DNA of 64,000 bases from Podarcis erhardii (lineage: Eukaryota): assembly GCA_964252035.1 (NCBI GenBank), contig OZ176212.1; one strand, given 5' to 3'. Positions 27,031 to 39,416 of this stretch are shown piece after piece. A program made the translations under genes and the position numbers. The notes under the pieces are model-generated. The model did no database searches, was not told the DNA's origin, and saw only the letters and a list, made by a program, of their open reading frames with translations. Numbering within the stretch: position 1 is the first letter of the stretch; each line of letters opens with the position of its first letter.

Positions 27031-27277
27031 CTGTTCATCAAGGCCAGATTCCGGTGTGGAACATCGTGTGTCCTCACTGGACAGATGCCGCATAGAGTCC
27101 CGGGACAGAGGGGTGTGGGGACCAGAAAACATGTCTGGGCTGATGGGGCTGCGTGGCGAGTGGGTGTGGGAGACATCAGAATGCGCGTAGCAGTTGCCAA
27201 CATCGGGTGATGCTGGTTGTGGGGTCGAGGGGTTCCCCAGCTGCGGCGTTGTCCGTCCATCTGTGGATCTGTAAGAC
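27031..27277 (-). CDS. KANSL1: KANSL1 exon 14
   Basis: cattccag|G TCT TAC AGA... to ...GAA CAG|gtgggt, 247 nt. Translates (R)[25 protein letters not shown]...TPESGLDEQ. Confidence 0.96.
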
Positions 27278-29346
27278 CTGGAATGACGACAATGCATTTC
27301 TTTTCCCCCCTCTGCTTTAAAAAAGGAAGGTGCCAGCATCACATGTTGAAAGCCATGCGTTCCCAATGGCTTACATTCAAAAGGCCACCAGAACCCACCC
27401 AATAGTGTGCCCTCCCACCTCACTCAATCCAATTAGTTTCAAGCAGAGCACAGCTGCAGTGCTGGGAAAGGGCCAGGAGAGCAGGTAGATGAAGACAAGC
27501 CCCTTCTTCTCCAAGTCTGACATGCCCTTCCTCAACTGCTGCCACTTCTCTGCTCTCATATCCTGACAGATCCCTGCCTTCACCCTCAGGTCTCCAGCTC
27601 CCTCAAAGGGCTCTGCCCTTTCTCCCCTGCTGTCCCATCAGAACAGCCTTCAAATCTCTCCTATGACCCGCTGCCTCTGGCACAATTCCTTCATCTTCAG
27701 ATTCTCCTCCAGAAGTGAGGCACCTGCAGTCGGGGAGTCTAATGAGGCCCTTTGGTCTGCTAGGCTGTTTGTGCCAAGCCACACAGATCTGTCCGTCATC
27801 CGGTGTCAGGGACAGGTTTGGTGCTGCAGAACCAAATGCAAGCCGCGGCAGCACAATCCCTTGGGAGACGCAGGTTAAATTCAGCACTGTTTGAATTTGA
27901 TACTTTTCACTGCTGTGCTGCTTCCAAAAGCAGTGCAACAGAAACGCACCAAATCCAAAAGCCAAAGTTCCCAATTCTTCCTTTGCAGTTGTGGCTTAAA
28001 TTCAAGTTGTGGCTGTACAAGGATTAGGAGCTAAGCAAATTCCCAATTCAAACAGTCTTGTCCACCTGGAGCAAGAGTCCCACAGAAGATTGACACCTTC
28101 CAGCTCCAGCGAGATCCATTTCCTCACCCCTGCCCTACTGTGCCCAAACCCAAGCTAATTTAACTGTAATGAAACACCTGTCCTGTCCATTCCCCGTCTA
28201 GCCATGCTGCAGTCTGCCTCCCTCATCTTTCTACTGTATTCCTTGTGCTGAAGTCCACATTGTAACCTCCTGCACGCTTCTACTTTGTTAAATGCCACAA
28301 GCCATGCACGCCTGTAAAAGTGCAAAACTCGCAGAAATGTTGTGCCACCAATCCCAGGCAAATAATGTCAGTTGCCAGTACCTGTTAATAACCTGGCTGC
28401 CATGTTCTAGGCCAGGAAAGAGGAGGTTGTGGCCTTCCAAATATTGTTAGATCAAAACTCCCATCAGCCCCAGTCAGGATGGTCCATTAAATGGTCTGGG
28501 ATGATGGGAGCTGGAGTCTTAAAAACCTCTAAAGGGCTGAAAGTTCTTCAACCAGGCTCTGAATGAACCACAGTTCCTAAAGGCAGCCCCTCTTTCTAGC
28601 CTCAGACCATTTGTGCCTTATATCTTCTTCCCACAAGCAAATACCAGAACACTCAAGACAAACACTGCCTGTGCGGCAATGCAGAGGAACACTGAAAGTA
28701 AGTTGCCCACCACCAAGGCATTTGGGCTTGTAGAATCACAGAGCTGCAGAGTTGGAAGGGAGAGTCATCTAGTCCAACTCCCTAAAGAGCGAAACTCTGC
28801 AAATTCACAATGAAAAGAATGAGCCATTCACTCAAAACCTTTCAGGGTGATTACTGGAACCAAGTTATGTAGAGGGGTAGTTCAGATTTAGCTTCCAAAT
28901 TGTGGTTTGTAATTAGGTGCCCAAGCCTAGGGCTCAGGCACTCTGTCCTTCCTTTTGGGTGTGGCAGTTCCCCTTCTCATTTCCTGGTTTGAGACAAACC
29001 ATAGGTTTGTTTTGTTCAAATGGGCAAGCTATAGTTAAACATTCTTCTGCAAACAAGGACTGGTTATCAGGATCAAACCCTGGTTTCCAAAGCAAGTTGC
29101 GGTTCAAATGGAATGGTAAACAATGGTTAGTGTCCAATCAGGGTAGGGGTGACCTGCACACAACCCAGAGGTTGCACTCACAACTGAGCCACCTCAGATT
29201 GTTTCAGCCCCTGCCCTGTTTCTTTCCTGTCTGCTGGCTAACAATGTGGGTTTTGTCTTTGACCTGTTAAGTTCTAAAAGGCTTGTGAGTAGTGCTGGCA
29301 TTCTCCTTTATTGGAGGGTGGCCAACTCTGAGCATCTGCTGGGACC

Positions 29347-29636
29347 CAGAATCACAGAATCGAAGAGTTGGAAGGGACCCTGAGGGTTGTCTAGTCCAAC
29401 CTCTCGCAATGCAGGATTCTCAACTAAAGCATCCATGAGAGATGGTCATCCAGCCTCTGCTCAGAAACCTCCAAGGAAGGAGAACCCACCAGCTTCCAAG
29501 GCAGTCTGCTCCACTGTTGGAACAGCTCTTACTTTCAGAAAGTTCTTCCTGGTGTTTCGATCTCAGATCCTAGGCTGCAGAGGAGAAAACAAGCTTGCTC
29601 CATCCTCCCCCATGACAGCCTTTTAGATATCTGGAG
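29347..29636 (-). mobile_element. CR1-type LINE 3' fragment
   Basis: Same tail motif as the 5388 copy: agaatcacagaatcgaagagttggaagggaccctgagg... Confidence 0.75.
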
Positions 29637-29679
29637 GTATTTATAGGCACTGTGGTGCTGAAACAGCAGCTGGCCTTAC

Positions 29680-29792
29680 CTGCTGCCCCGCCGCTGAGGC
29701 GGCACAGTTGTGCTCCAAAGCCACCTTGCCCGTTCCGACTCCTCACACTTGGCGTGGAGAGTGGCAAAGGCCGAGTCAGACAGATCCTCTAT
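29680..29792 (-). CDS. KANSL1: KANSL1 exon 13 (PEHE domain helix)
   Basis: ctcttccag|ATA GAG GAT... to ...AGC AG|gtaagg, 113 nt. Translates [37 protein letters not shown](R). Confidence 0.97.
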
Positions 29793-31216
29793 CTGGAAGA
29801 GAAATCATGTGAGGTTAGCACTGAGATAGTCTGCAAAGCGTCTCTGGTTTCAATGAAGGAGGCTGTACAAAACACCACCTGGCACACCATAAAGGTGTCC
29901 AGGCACAGCAGCTGTTCTCTGCTCTTCCACCCTTAATTTTCTATCCATGAGCAGCTGGAAGGGACAGTTCAGACAATCCCGCTAGTTTCTGTGAGCACAC
30001 ATTTGAGGCAAGAGAAGTTGGGCGAGGGCTCATTCGTTCCCATTCAAAACTCACTTTGCCCATTCAACAAGCCCCACAGTTTGATCAGGAAACAGTCATA
30101 CACAGCAAGACCCAATTTTAGGAGGTGATGAGCTTTGCTGCAGCAGAAAGACCCTCCTCCAGTTCTGAAAACTGATTTAGGTTTCTCAGGTGTGCTTTTT
30201 ATCCGTATCCTGGCAGTGAGAGGCTGGAACGGCCTTCTTGCAAAGAACATCAGTATTCTACCTGGGACGGTACTTATGTAGGGCAAGGAGCACAGTAAGT
30301 CTTAATTTTTTAATTTGGAATGTAAGAGTGAATGAATGATGCCCCCCTCTGCTCAGTTATTCCACATACCAAACCCAAACTTCAGAAAGCTGCTATTTTT
30401 CAACTGGCAGACCACTTTTGGAAATGAAACAAAATTTTGATCCAAAGAAGGTCACATTCCATATATGAAATGTCTTTACAACATACGTCCTTGTTCGCTT
30501 ATGTTGCAGGGAACAGGGAATGGGGGATGGAGAGAAGCCTGTAGCTGGACCAGAACATTTAAAATGTTTTGGGCTCCAATATTTCTCTGTGCCTGGAGGC
30601 TCTCCCCTTCCCTGAAATTTGGTGCCTTCCCATTTTTCTCTTTTAAAATATTGTATTGAGTTAATTCATTTGGATTGTTGGTTTTTATTTTGGCAAAGAG
30701 CAGAATGTAGTGGCGAAAACAGAGAATAAATGAGGGGGCAATTTTATTTTTTTCTCCTCACTGCATGAATATTCTCAAACACTTCATGGGGAAGAGAAAC
30801 CTGGGAGGCGCTGGGCTTTATCTTGTTCCTTCTCTATAACAGGAGTTAAGTTTTCCCTCATCTTCTCCAGGAATCGGACTGTACATGCAAGGAACTCGGA
30901 AGACAAGAGGCTGAGCTCCTAAAGTAACTGACAACCACAAAATGCCATCACATGGTTTTTAAAAACCAGCTGCTATTCAGTAAAGAAAGCCTGCATGACA
31001 CAGGCCTCACATGAGTAGACCTAGAACCATCCATATCCTGAAGAATGTTCAGTTTCTTAGGGTAAGGTTAAATATGCACCACCTGGGGGCAAAATCCCGC
31101 ACGTGGGTAACTTTCCAACCATAAAACGATCACGCCATCTGCCAAACAGTGTCATTGCTTTAAGGAATGAATGCCTAAGCTGAAGGCTACGAAAGCTGCG
31201 CTGCCTGTTCACTTAC

Positions 31217-31225
31217 TTCCAGACT
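31217..31225 (-). CDS. KANSL1: Candidate 9-nt KANSL1 microexon (SLE)
   Basis: aatatgcctttgtag|AGT CTG GAA|gtaagt in phase-0 intron 12, with TGC at -11..-9. Confidence 0.55.
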
Positions 31226-32057
31226 CTACAAAGGCATATTAAATAAATTACACTGTAGGTTTTGTGACCACATAAAAAGCCACTTAAAGGATGGCAGTCG
31301 AAGATTAAGGCAAGGCTGCCTTCTCCTTGCAAGAAGGCATTGTTTGCCAACCCGCCAGTATTCACTGCATGCAGCATTGTTTTCATTCTGCTGCAGTTCA
31401 TCTTTCGAAACAGTTACTTGTCTCGCTCTCTGCTGTGGTGAAATTTATGTAGTTTATTACGTACGTTACACTGTCATTATGTTATTCCACCCTGTTCATT
31501 TCAGTGCAAAGAACACAAGGCAAACCAGGGGGGTGGGGAGGCAAGGCAAGTCAGACTAATCTGGCGGCTATGTAACTGGACTTTACCTAGTACTTTCGCC
31601 GAAAAAGCACCAGCCACCACAGAGGAAGTACAACTCTGCTTTAAGTTCAAATCAATGGCGCGAATGTCCAAGGCAGGTGCTCCCCCTTGCAGTGGATATT
31701 CGAAATTGAGAGACACACCAGCACTGAGCCGCCCAAGAAGAGAGCTCTGACTTAGGAGGAGCACTGTATGCCTCATGTGCACGCTTTATGACAGAAAGTC
31801 ACCCACAGGACGGATTTTGCCATGCTCCTTTGATGAAAACTGCTTACATGGAATGCTGCCCTGGGCACAGAAGCTCCAGAAGGGCCTATTTATTTTACTA
31901 CTTTATTTTGGTTAATCTATAACCAGTCTTTCATTAAAACCAATCGTAGAGTGGAATACAATAGGAAAATATGTAACACAAAATGAAATATTGTGGGGGT
32001 GGGGAGGGAGAGAGAATCAGTTTCACAGAGGCCATCGAGGAGAACCATTTGGATTAC

Positions 32058-32115
32058 CTCTTCGTTGTCTTCATCGGGGTTCACCTTCAGGCCACCGATA
32101 TCCACCACACGCCAG
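32058..32115 (-). CDS. KANSL1: KANSL1 exon 12 (PEHE)
   Basis: gttgcag|C TGG CGT... to ...GAA GAG|gtaatc, 58 nt. Translates (S)WRVVDIGGLKVNPDEDNEE. Confidence 0.95.
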
Positions 32116-32356
32116 CTGCAACACAGGTCAGCAGAGAAGTCAGTCAACTGGAGAATGGGTGGCCATCCTCAATACTCTGGGTACTTTGTACAGCCAGGCA
32201 AGAAACATGGGGCTTTTTTGGACCACCGTCAATGTCCCCCCCTTCCTCACGATGGGGAAAACCTAACTTTTGCACACTTGTGTCCTTGTTGGTCTAGGGC
32301 CCTCCCCTCCTGTGACCTGGAGGAGAGCAAGGGGGAAACGGCGTCCCTGCGCATAC

Positions 32357-32481
32357 CTCGGTGTGAGGATTTCTTTGTACTGCAGTTTCTCTACGCGGGT
32401 CGTCGCAGCCACAGACATAGGGATGACAATGTTGTTAATATCGAAAGAGCTTTCGCCTCTCCTTCTCCGCGGCTGCTGCTG
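32357..32481 (-). CDS. KANSL1: KANSL1 exon 11 (start of PEHE region)
   Basis: ttttgcag|CAG CAG CAG CCG... to ...CCG AG|gtatgc, 125 nt. Translates [41 protein letters not shown](S). The 5' edge is ambiguous by 3, 6 or 9 nt. Confidence 0.95.
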
Positions 32482-35400
32482 CTGCAAAACACAAAAAGAA
32501 AAATGCTCAGGGAAGGAGGAGGAAGCACCTCCAAGAGCAGGGAGCTGCATGAAGCAAGTAAGGCGATGCCCCCTTTTCGGTGTTAACTCTGCCTAGTGAT
32601 GGCGCAAGGCCACATGGCTGCCCAAAGAGATGGAGTCTTGTCCCTCACCAAAAACACTCCAGGGTGGTTTGTTTTGTGCCACCAACCTTCAAACCAAGCC
32701 CCAGAAGCCATTTCCCTGTAAAGCTCATCCTATGGAGGTAGTTTGTGCATCTTCTCATTTCCTTATTTAGTATACCTTCATCCAGGGAATTTGGGCTACG
32801 GCCTTTAGATACCCACACACTCAAGTCTTCTCCACAATGGACAATTATGTTGCCACTTGTGTGTTTCTCTATCCCCAACTCAAGTTCAGGCACACATGCT
32901 TGTGAATCTGTTTTACCCAACTGCAAGGATCCTAGGATCAATTGGTTTAAATATTCAAGGGGGGGAATGAGAGGTCATTAAGAGTCAGCAACCACCGGAA
33001 AGCTCAGAGCTCCTGATTCCTGCCTTTTCTCACCCCAGTGTATGTCACCCCGTGAGACAATAGCACAGCTGTCATCGCCGCCAGCCCAAGAAATTCACAG
33101 CCACAAAATGACCCACGAGGAAGGGCATTTGGTTGGAATACATTGGAATTCCTTGCATGTGCAGAAAGCATTAACAGCCCTGCAGTGATTTCTGAAAGCT
33201 GACCGACTAAGGCAGCAGAGTGGCGCCTTACTACACTTAGAAGAGCGAGCAGGTAGCAGAAGGAAGGTGGGTGGAGGAGGGAGTAGATGCTCTGCACTAT
33301 CTCTCAAGCAAAGACAATCCCATAGGAAGGATTACCTGGGCCTACTGTTGTTAAGGGTTAACACAGAGAGAATTACACCCTTTCCAATCTCTAGAATTCT
33401 TTTTGCCTGCCTCATAGCAGTGTACACAGGACATTATCAAAGTTCTGGGGGTATTTGAGAATAAATTCTAACTGCAGAAGGCATGGGGAATCTTTGGCTC
33501 TCCAACTCCCAAGGCCAAGACTATCAGTCATGTTAGCTGCCTGAAGCAAGAGACCAAGAACATCTGAACTGGTTCCCCATCCATGACTGAGAGAGAGAGG
33601 GATAATTGATTTGGGGGAGGGAAGCCTCTTTGGCATCCCCTCTGAACTTTCTGATTGGGTACCTGCCAGGCACAGGGCCACGCCCATTTCAGTCTTTCTG
33701 AACGACTAAAGCGCAGAGATGCAACCAAGCCTGAACACCGTGCGCTTCTAAAAATGCCTACCCTCCTCCAAGCACAAGTCGCCCTCTCCTTGAATCCCAA
33801 CATTTGTGAATGTTCTCCGACACGTCTTCCTGAATATCCATAGCAACAAAGGGCTTTTTAGGTATTCAGCACATCTCACCCTCGCCAGCTTTATGCATTA
33901 TCTTAGCAGCACATGCCTTGCACACCTGGGGGTGCCGCTTCTTCCCCGAGACGCCACTGCGAGCTTCAAAAAACATTTTCCGTGCACAAATGTGTGCTTT
34001 AAAAAAAAAACAAGGAAAAAAATCTCTCTTTTTTGCAGCAAAGGCATATAGGGAGGCATTCCTGGCAGCTTCCCCATAGCTCCCACTCTTCCCTACCTTC
34101 ATTCCTAAACAGCTTTCTAAAGCACTGGCATGGCTTGCTGTGTGTGCCACTTTGCACTTCATCTGTTTGTCAGGGGGGTGGATCAGGATTCCAAGACCCC
34201 ACCACCCCCACGTGCAGAATTTCAAGACCTGTTCTATTGCCGCTGGGTTATTTTATCCTCTTCACTTAAGAGCTGATAATCTACAGCTTTTCCTCCTTCC
34301 CTGTCCCTAAAGACACAGTGCAGATCGCAGTCTGTTCGGATCTTATCTCAAAATCGCAACAATCCAAGGAGTGGTTATCTTGCCCAAAAGCCATCTAGAA
34401 AAAGCCTCATGGCTATACCAGGAAACCGGAACCCAGGTCTTTGTAGATTTTTTTTTAAAAAGAAAACCTTTCACGTTTGTACCAAAGTCCTCAGGATGGA
34501 CCAAACAAAACCAAACAAAAACAAATCTTGACAGAAGCTGCCGCAATTTACCATCGTCTCAATGCTCTCCTTCCCACCCTCAATGTGAAAAAAGGTGGAT
34601 GAAACCTGAATACAAACATCTACTGTTGTTAAAACTACACTTTAATCACAAGATGATTGAGGCAAGGTGATTAGTTGGGAGGGGTGCTGCTGCATAATCT
34701 AGGGTATTTAACTGGCCTCATTATAGCCCTGTAATGTAGGAGAATAGGATTGTTACACACAGAGAAATCCTGGCACTGATTGGCTTAAGCCAAAGTCACT
34801 GGATGCACATCAGTGGGCCCCTCTGTTATTTAGGCACCTGAAAGGTCCAATGAAGTATGAAGTAGTAAGAGCCAATCAGGGAGGAGGTACAAACTTCTCA
34901 ATGGGTTCAGTAGCCTCCCTCTTGTATCTCTTTTTAATTTCCTCTTCTCTCTCTTTTTTTAAGGGGTGGTATAAAATCCCAAATAGCATGATCATGTGGC
35001 AACATGTGAAATGGAAGACTCTGCTCTTCTTACTGAATGAGTTAGAATGAACAAATTTATTTAATACCTCTGGCTTATTTAGATTTTTACATCTTGGCCT
35101 TCCTTGAGGGCCTTGTTTTTAGTATTGAATTTATTTTTTTAACAATTCAACAGATACTGAGGTTTCCTTGCATGAAGTTCTTCTTCATCAACTTTCCATT
35201 CTCCTGTGCAGCTGCCTCAAGGCACAAGGACCTCCCTCGTGGATAGAGTAGCAACGGCACATTCAAAACCCCTTTGAAAAGGGGGCACCCTCCCCTCATT
35301 CGTGAGCCAAGCCTGCCTTTGCTCTCTTCAACCCAAGCCTCACCAGTCTTAGAACCCCACCCCCTTTGCTAAAGTGCCTTCCATTGTCTGCTGCAGACTC

Positions 35401-35692
35401 AACACCATTTCTTGAACACAATCTATGCCCATTCTGTCGCATTTATCAACTTTACTCCAGAAACTGATGCCTGAGCAACCAGACTGACTTGGCCCAGCAG
35501 CTGGCCCCAGGCTCCAAAACCTAGATGGGAGACCGAACCTCAGCCCTACCGCTTGTAAGAGTAAGGAGTTCAAGCAGTGAGAACCACAAAACCCACCTTT
35601 TGTGTGAAAACTCTGGCACAAAAACTTAGCTCCCATGCCATATAAGCAGGGAATGTGTCCATTCCTCTCTATGAAGATGTTGCTAAACTACA

Positions 35693-35912
35693 CAAATTCC
35701 TTCCAGTAGCACCTTAAAGACCAACTAAGTCAGTTCTTAGTATGAGCTTTCGTGTGCATGCACACTTCTTCAGATACACAGTGTATCTGAAGAAGTGTGC
35801 ATGCACACGAAAGCTCATACCAAGAACTGACTTAGTTGGTCTTTAAGGTGCTACTGGAAGGAATTTGTTTTGTTTTGACTATGGCAGACCAACACGGCTA
35901 CCTATCTGTAAC
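35693..35912. mobile_element. Penelope-like element pseudo-LTR in inverted (palindromic) configuration
   Basis: Inverted arms 35692-35779 and 35781-35868 with one mismatch. 15-bp TSD TGTTGCTAAACTACA at 35678-35692 and 35913-35927. Carries the GAAAGCTCATAC...GTCTTTAAGGTGCTAC motif typical of reptile Penelope LTRs. Confidence 0.8.
35783..35820 (+). ncRNA. Minimal type-I hammerhead ribozyme motif (mirror copy on - at 35740-35777)
   Basis: GTAT-CTGAAGA-A-GTGTGC-AT-GCACAC-GAAA-GC-TC-ATAC: stem I, CUGANGA core, stem II, GAAA, palindromic AGCU in place of stem III, and an NUH site. Confidence 0.7.
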
Positions 35913-36184
35913 TGTTGCTAAACTACAACATCCTTGATCACTGACCGTGTTGGCTAGGTCTGATGGGAGTTGGGAGTCTAGTAGCACTGGGAGGGACACT
36001 CATCCCCCAACCCCTGGGGCCCTGCTGCAGTTCAGCCAAAAAGCCAGCCCAAGAAATTGCAACTGAAACAGCACATACCACTTCCCTGTTTACCCTGACT
36101 CAGGCTTCCCTCCCCTTCCTTTGTCGATTCCTCTGTCAAATTCAGCTGGAAGCTCCTTTGGGGCAGGGACCTCTCCTCTTACAC

Positions 36185-36320
36185 CAGGCATAGGCAAATT
36201 CAGCCCTCCAGATGTTTGGGGACTACAACTCCCATCATCCCTGACCACTGGTCCTGTTAGCTGGGGGTGATGGGAGTTGTAGTCCCAAAACACCTGGAGG
36301 GCCGAGTTTGCCTATGCCTG
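36185..36320. mobile_element. hAT-type MITE
   Basis: TIRs CAGGCATAGGCAAA, near-palindromic body, 8-bp TSD TCTTACAC on both sides. Confidence 0.9.
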
Positions 36321-36433
36321 TCTTACACTCTGCAAAGTGCATTGCTTAGTGAAGGGGCAAGTATCACAATGGTGACCACAAGGCTTTGCTTTAATGCACT
36401 ATGTTGGGGGACGGACTCCTGGGAGGTACTTAC

Positions 36434-36588
36434 AGATGCACTGGAGGCTCCCAGTGAGCTTGTGCTGGCAGAAGGGATGGAGTTTTCCGAGGAGGTGGAC
36501 AGTTGCCGCACAATGGGGCTGTGGGCCGCGGAGGCCATGTTGCTGGAGAGGTAGCTCGGGCCTCCGATATCTGCATGGTGCTTCAATA
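36434..36588 (-). CDS. KANSL1: KANSL1 exon 10
   Basis: cccgcacag|TA TTG AAG CAC... to ...GCA TCT|gtaagt, 155 nt. Translates (V)LKHHADIGGPSYLSSNMASAAHSPIVRQLSTSSENSIPSASTSSLGASSAS. Confidence 0.93.
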
Positions 36589-36975
36589 CTGTGCGGGAAG
36601 GAAGCACAAAGAGAGGAGGGGAAGAGGAGGAGGTGAGTCAAACTGTGCCTATTATCATCACCATCATTGCAAAGCTTTGCAGCAACCTGTAATCAAGCAA
36701 TCCGTACCAAAAGGAACCAGAGAGCACACTAGAGAGGAAAGGAGAAGAACCTCATTGGGCAGGAGTTACTTCCCTGAAGGAGGAAGTTTTAATGACTTCC
36801 TCCTTTTTTAAAAAAAAAAAGTGCACAAGAAGACAGACTGCAGCATCTGACACTAGGTGCCCCCTTTAATTCCCCAGAAGCAGCAAGCACCCTTCTCCGA
36901 AGCTGGAGGGGAGGACGAGAACAGGAATGCGAAACCCAAGCTCTCCCCGGAAAGACCTGGCTGTGGCCCGCCTAC

Positions 36976-37137
36976 CTTCGCTTCTCTCGGAGGAGCTGTC
37001 CCGCAATCGCTTTTTCTCATGAACTGGAGTCAGGATAAGCGAGCGCTCTGGCGCTCTCTCGGCCTTGGGGGCAGCCCTTAGATCGCCTAAGGGCTGCCTG
37101 TGTGCCTTGTCTGGCTCGGTTTTGTGATGCGAGCAAG
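36976..37137 (-). CDS. KANSL1: KANSL1 exon 9
   Basis: cactcctcag|CT TGC TCG... to ...GAA G|gtaggc, 162 nt. Translates CSHHKTEPDKAHRQPLGDLRAAPKAERAPERSLILTPVHEKKRLRDSSSERSE. Confidence 0.92.
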
Positions 37138-39416
37138 CTGAGGAGTGGAACAGAAAGAGAGCCATGAAAACGCCCTGCTTTCACCTCTCTCTCCTGGCCC
37201 GCAGGGCGCAGCCGACACACACACACCAAAAGAGGCACGGGTGGGTGCCCCGCTGCACAGCTCCAGACAAGACCCCAGGAGCTCACACCAAGCATTGCAG
37301 CCCGAAGAGGACAGGAGGCGCTCTTTGCAGAAATTCCCCCCAAGCCAACAGCTGAGTGACGACCCAAACAGGTCTATTCTTTCCCTGTGATGCAGCCTAG
37401 TTCGTCTTGCAGGCACAGTGCAAACGCAGCTGCACTGCTCATAGCTGCCTGTCTCGACCAGTTCAAGGGAAGGAAGAGAGGCAGGGTGCTTTTCAGCCAG
37501 TGTGTTCAGTGTGGCTGGAGGAGCAGGAGGGTGAGTGGGCAGAGGGGAAGGTGAGCATCCACTGAAAGAAAAGGAGATCTGCAAGCCTAGCTACACAGTG
37601 CAGACAAATGTCCTTAGACACACCCAAGCCTTACAATGACTTTGAAAGGCCCAGCAGCTTCCGTTCTTGAGAGCTCATTTGTGGCCCACATTTTTGGAAC
37701 AGTCTACCAACAGATGCGGGAGAACTTGAGGCCCTCCCATTTGTCGTGGGACTCCAGCACCCGCCACCCCCAGCCAGCATGGCTTATGGGCCGGGATGAT
37801 GGGAGTCAGGAGTCCAGCATCATTCGGACTCCATCTCCAGGTCTATCAGATGTAATCTTTAGTGGGTCTGAAAAGGCTGTCGCAGTTGGCATTGCATGAC
37901 CATAGCAAAACATTCTGGCAAATCAGGAACAGAGCTGTGCATCCTCCTTGATTTTAAGCAATGACCTACCTTTTCAACTGAATCGCCTATGCACAAAGCT
38001 CCCGGTGCTCAGGCGGGATCCTCCAAACAAAAAGGGTGGAAGGGATATGCACACACTCTGCCCTGGTACATTTAGGGGCATGCAGCCATGACTTAATCAT
38101 CATTGTGGCGTATGAAAGATCAAGGGTCTGTGTAAGCATGTGCAAAGCGACTTTCCCATTGACCAACCATGACCAGCACACCCAGACTCCAGCACACATG
38201 TGGGGTTCGGGCAAAGGTTGTTCCAGGTCAGGCAACTCAAGACCAAGCACACCCTCAAAGATCTGCTCTGCTCCCATCCTCTGTGGAGAGGGGGGAAGCT
38301 CATGGCAGAACACAGGCTCTGTCTGCTGAAGGTATCCAATGCTTCCTATTGCCATTTAAAAGGAGCAGAACGAAGGCCTCTGCTTGAAAGCTGTGGCAAG
38401 TTAGAATATGCAAAGGATCAGATCAGGAATGAGGAACCTGCAACATTCCAAGTGCATCTGAACTACAACTCCCATCATCCTTGACTGCTAGGCATACGAG
38501 CTGGAACTAATGGGAGCTGGGAATCCAACACCTGGAGGGCCACAAATTCCCCCCTCTTACTGCAAGTGGAATAACTCTTTGGCTCAGAATGAAGAGAAGC
38601 CCTTGCAGCTTTTGAGATGTGCCATTTCTTTCCGATCACCTTCCAATGTGCCATGTGGCTCTTCAAGAACTGCTGCATTTTTAATCTCTTCGGCGCTTCA
38701 TAAACTTGACTGTGGTTACCTTCTTAGCCACCCTGTCATCTTCCTAGCAACCCACTGAGGTTAAACTCCCTGTTCCTTACTGGCCAGGCAAGGGAGCCCA
38801 TAGCAGGCAATGGGACTGGAAACCAAATGGCAAAAGTTGAAAGCTTCTCTGTCCCAGGGACTGCAACTCTATGCTTTGTTGTCCCATGGCCTTAGTGCTG
38901 ACTGCACACCTGAAAAAGTCTTTTAAAGTTGGTATTTAATATTTAAAAATTGTATTCTGAAGTCTCTTCTCTACAGCTGTACTGAATTGCTAAATGCTTT
39001 GTCAACCTTAAAAAACAACCACATACTAAGGCTACACAGCCAGCCTCTAGTAAAGCTTATGTGAAACTGGACACATTGCTAGAGGCTGATTACTGAGAAA
39101 GACAGATTTTTTTCAGGGGTGGGGGAGGCCTGCCTTGGAATTATGTCCTGTAATCTGGAAGCCCAGCCTAAATTCAGAGATGTGGGGAGCCTGCCTGCTG
39201 ATTGTTTAGGGAAGGGGAAAGTCATTCGCACATGCTCAAAGACACTCCCTTGTTTTCTATTTCAAACGTTCCAGGGCTATCCATTAAAACCAGTTCCAAG
39301 GCAGAGCCCTGGGTTCACACGAAGCCATGCATGCAGCTCACTCTGCTGTGGGACACAAGCAGGACCCATTTGGGTAGTTCTTGCCAATGCACATCAATCA
39401 ACAAGAGGACACTTAC

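Noticed and set aside
35692-35868. Palindrome as a pre-miRNA or CRISPR-like structure
   Set aside because: The TSD and Penelope LTR motifs explain it. The sequence is eukaryotic and has no repeat-spacer array.
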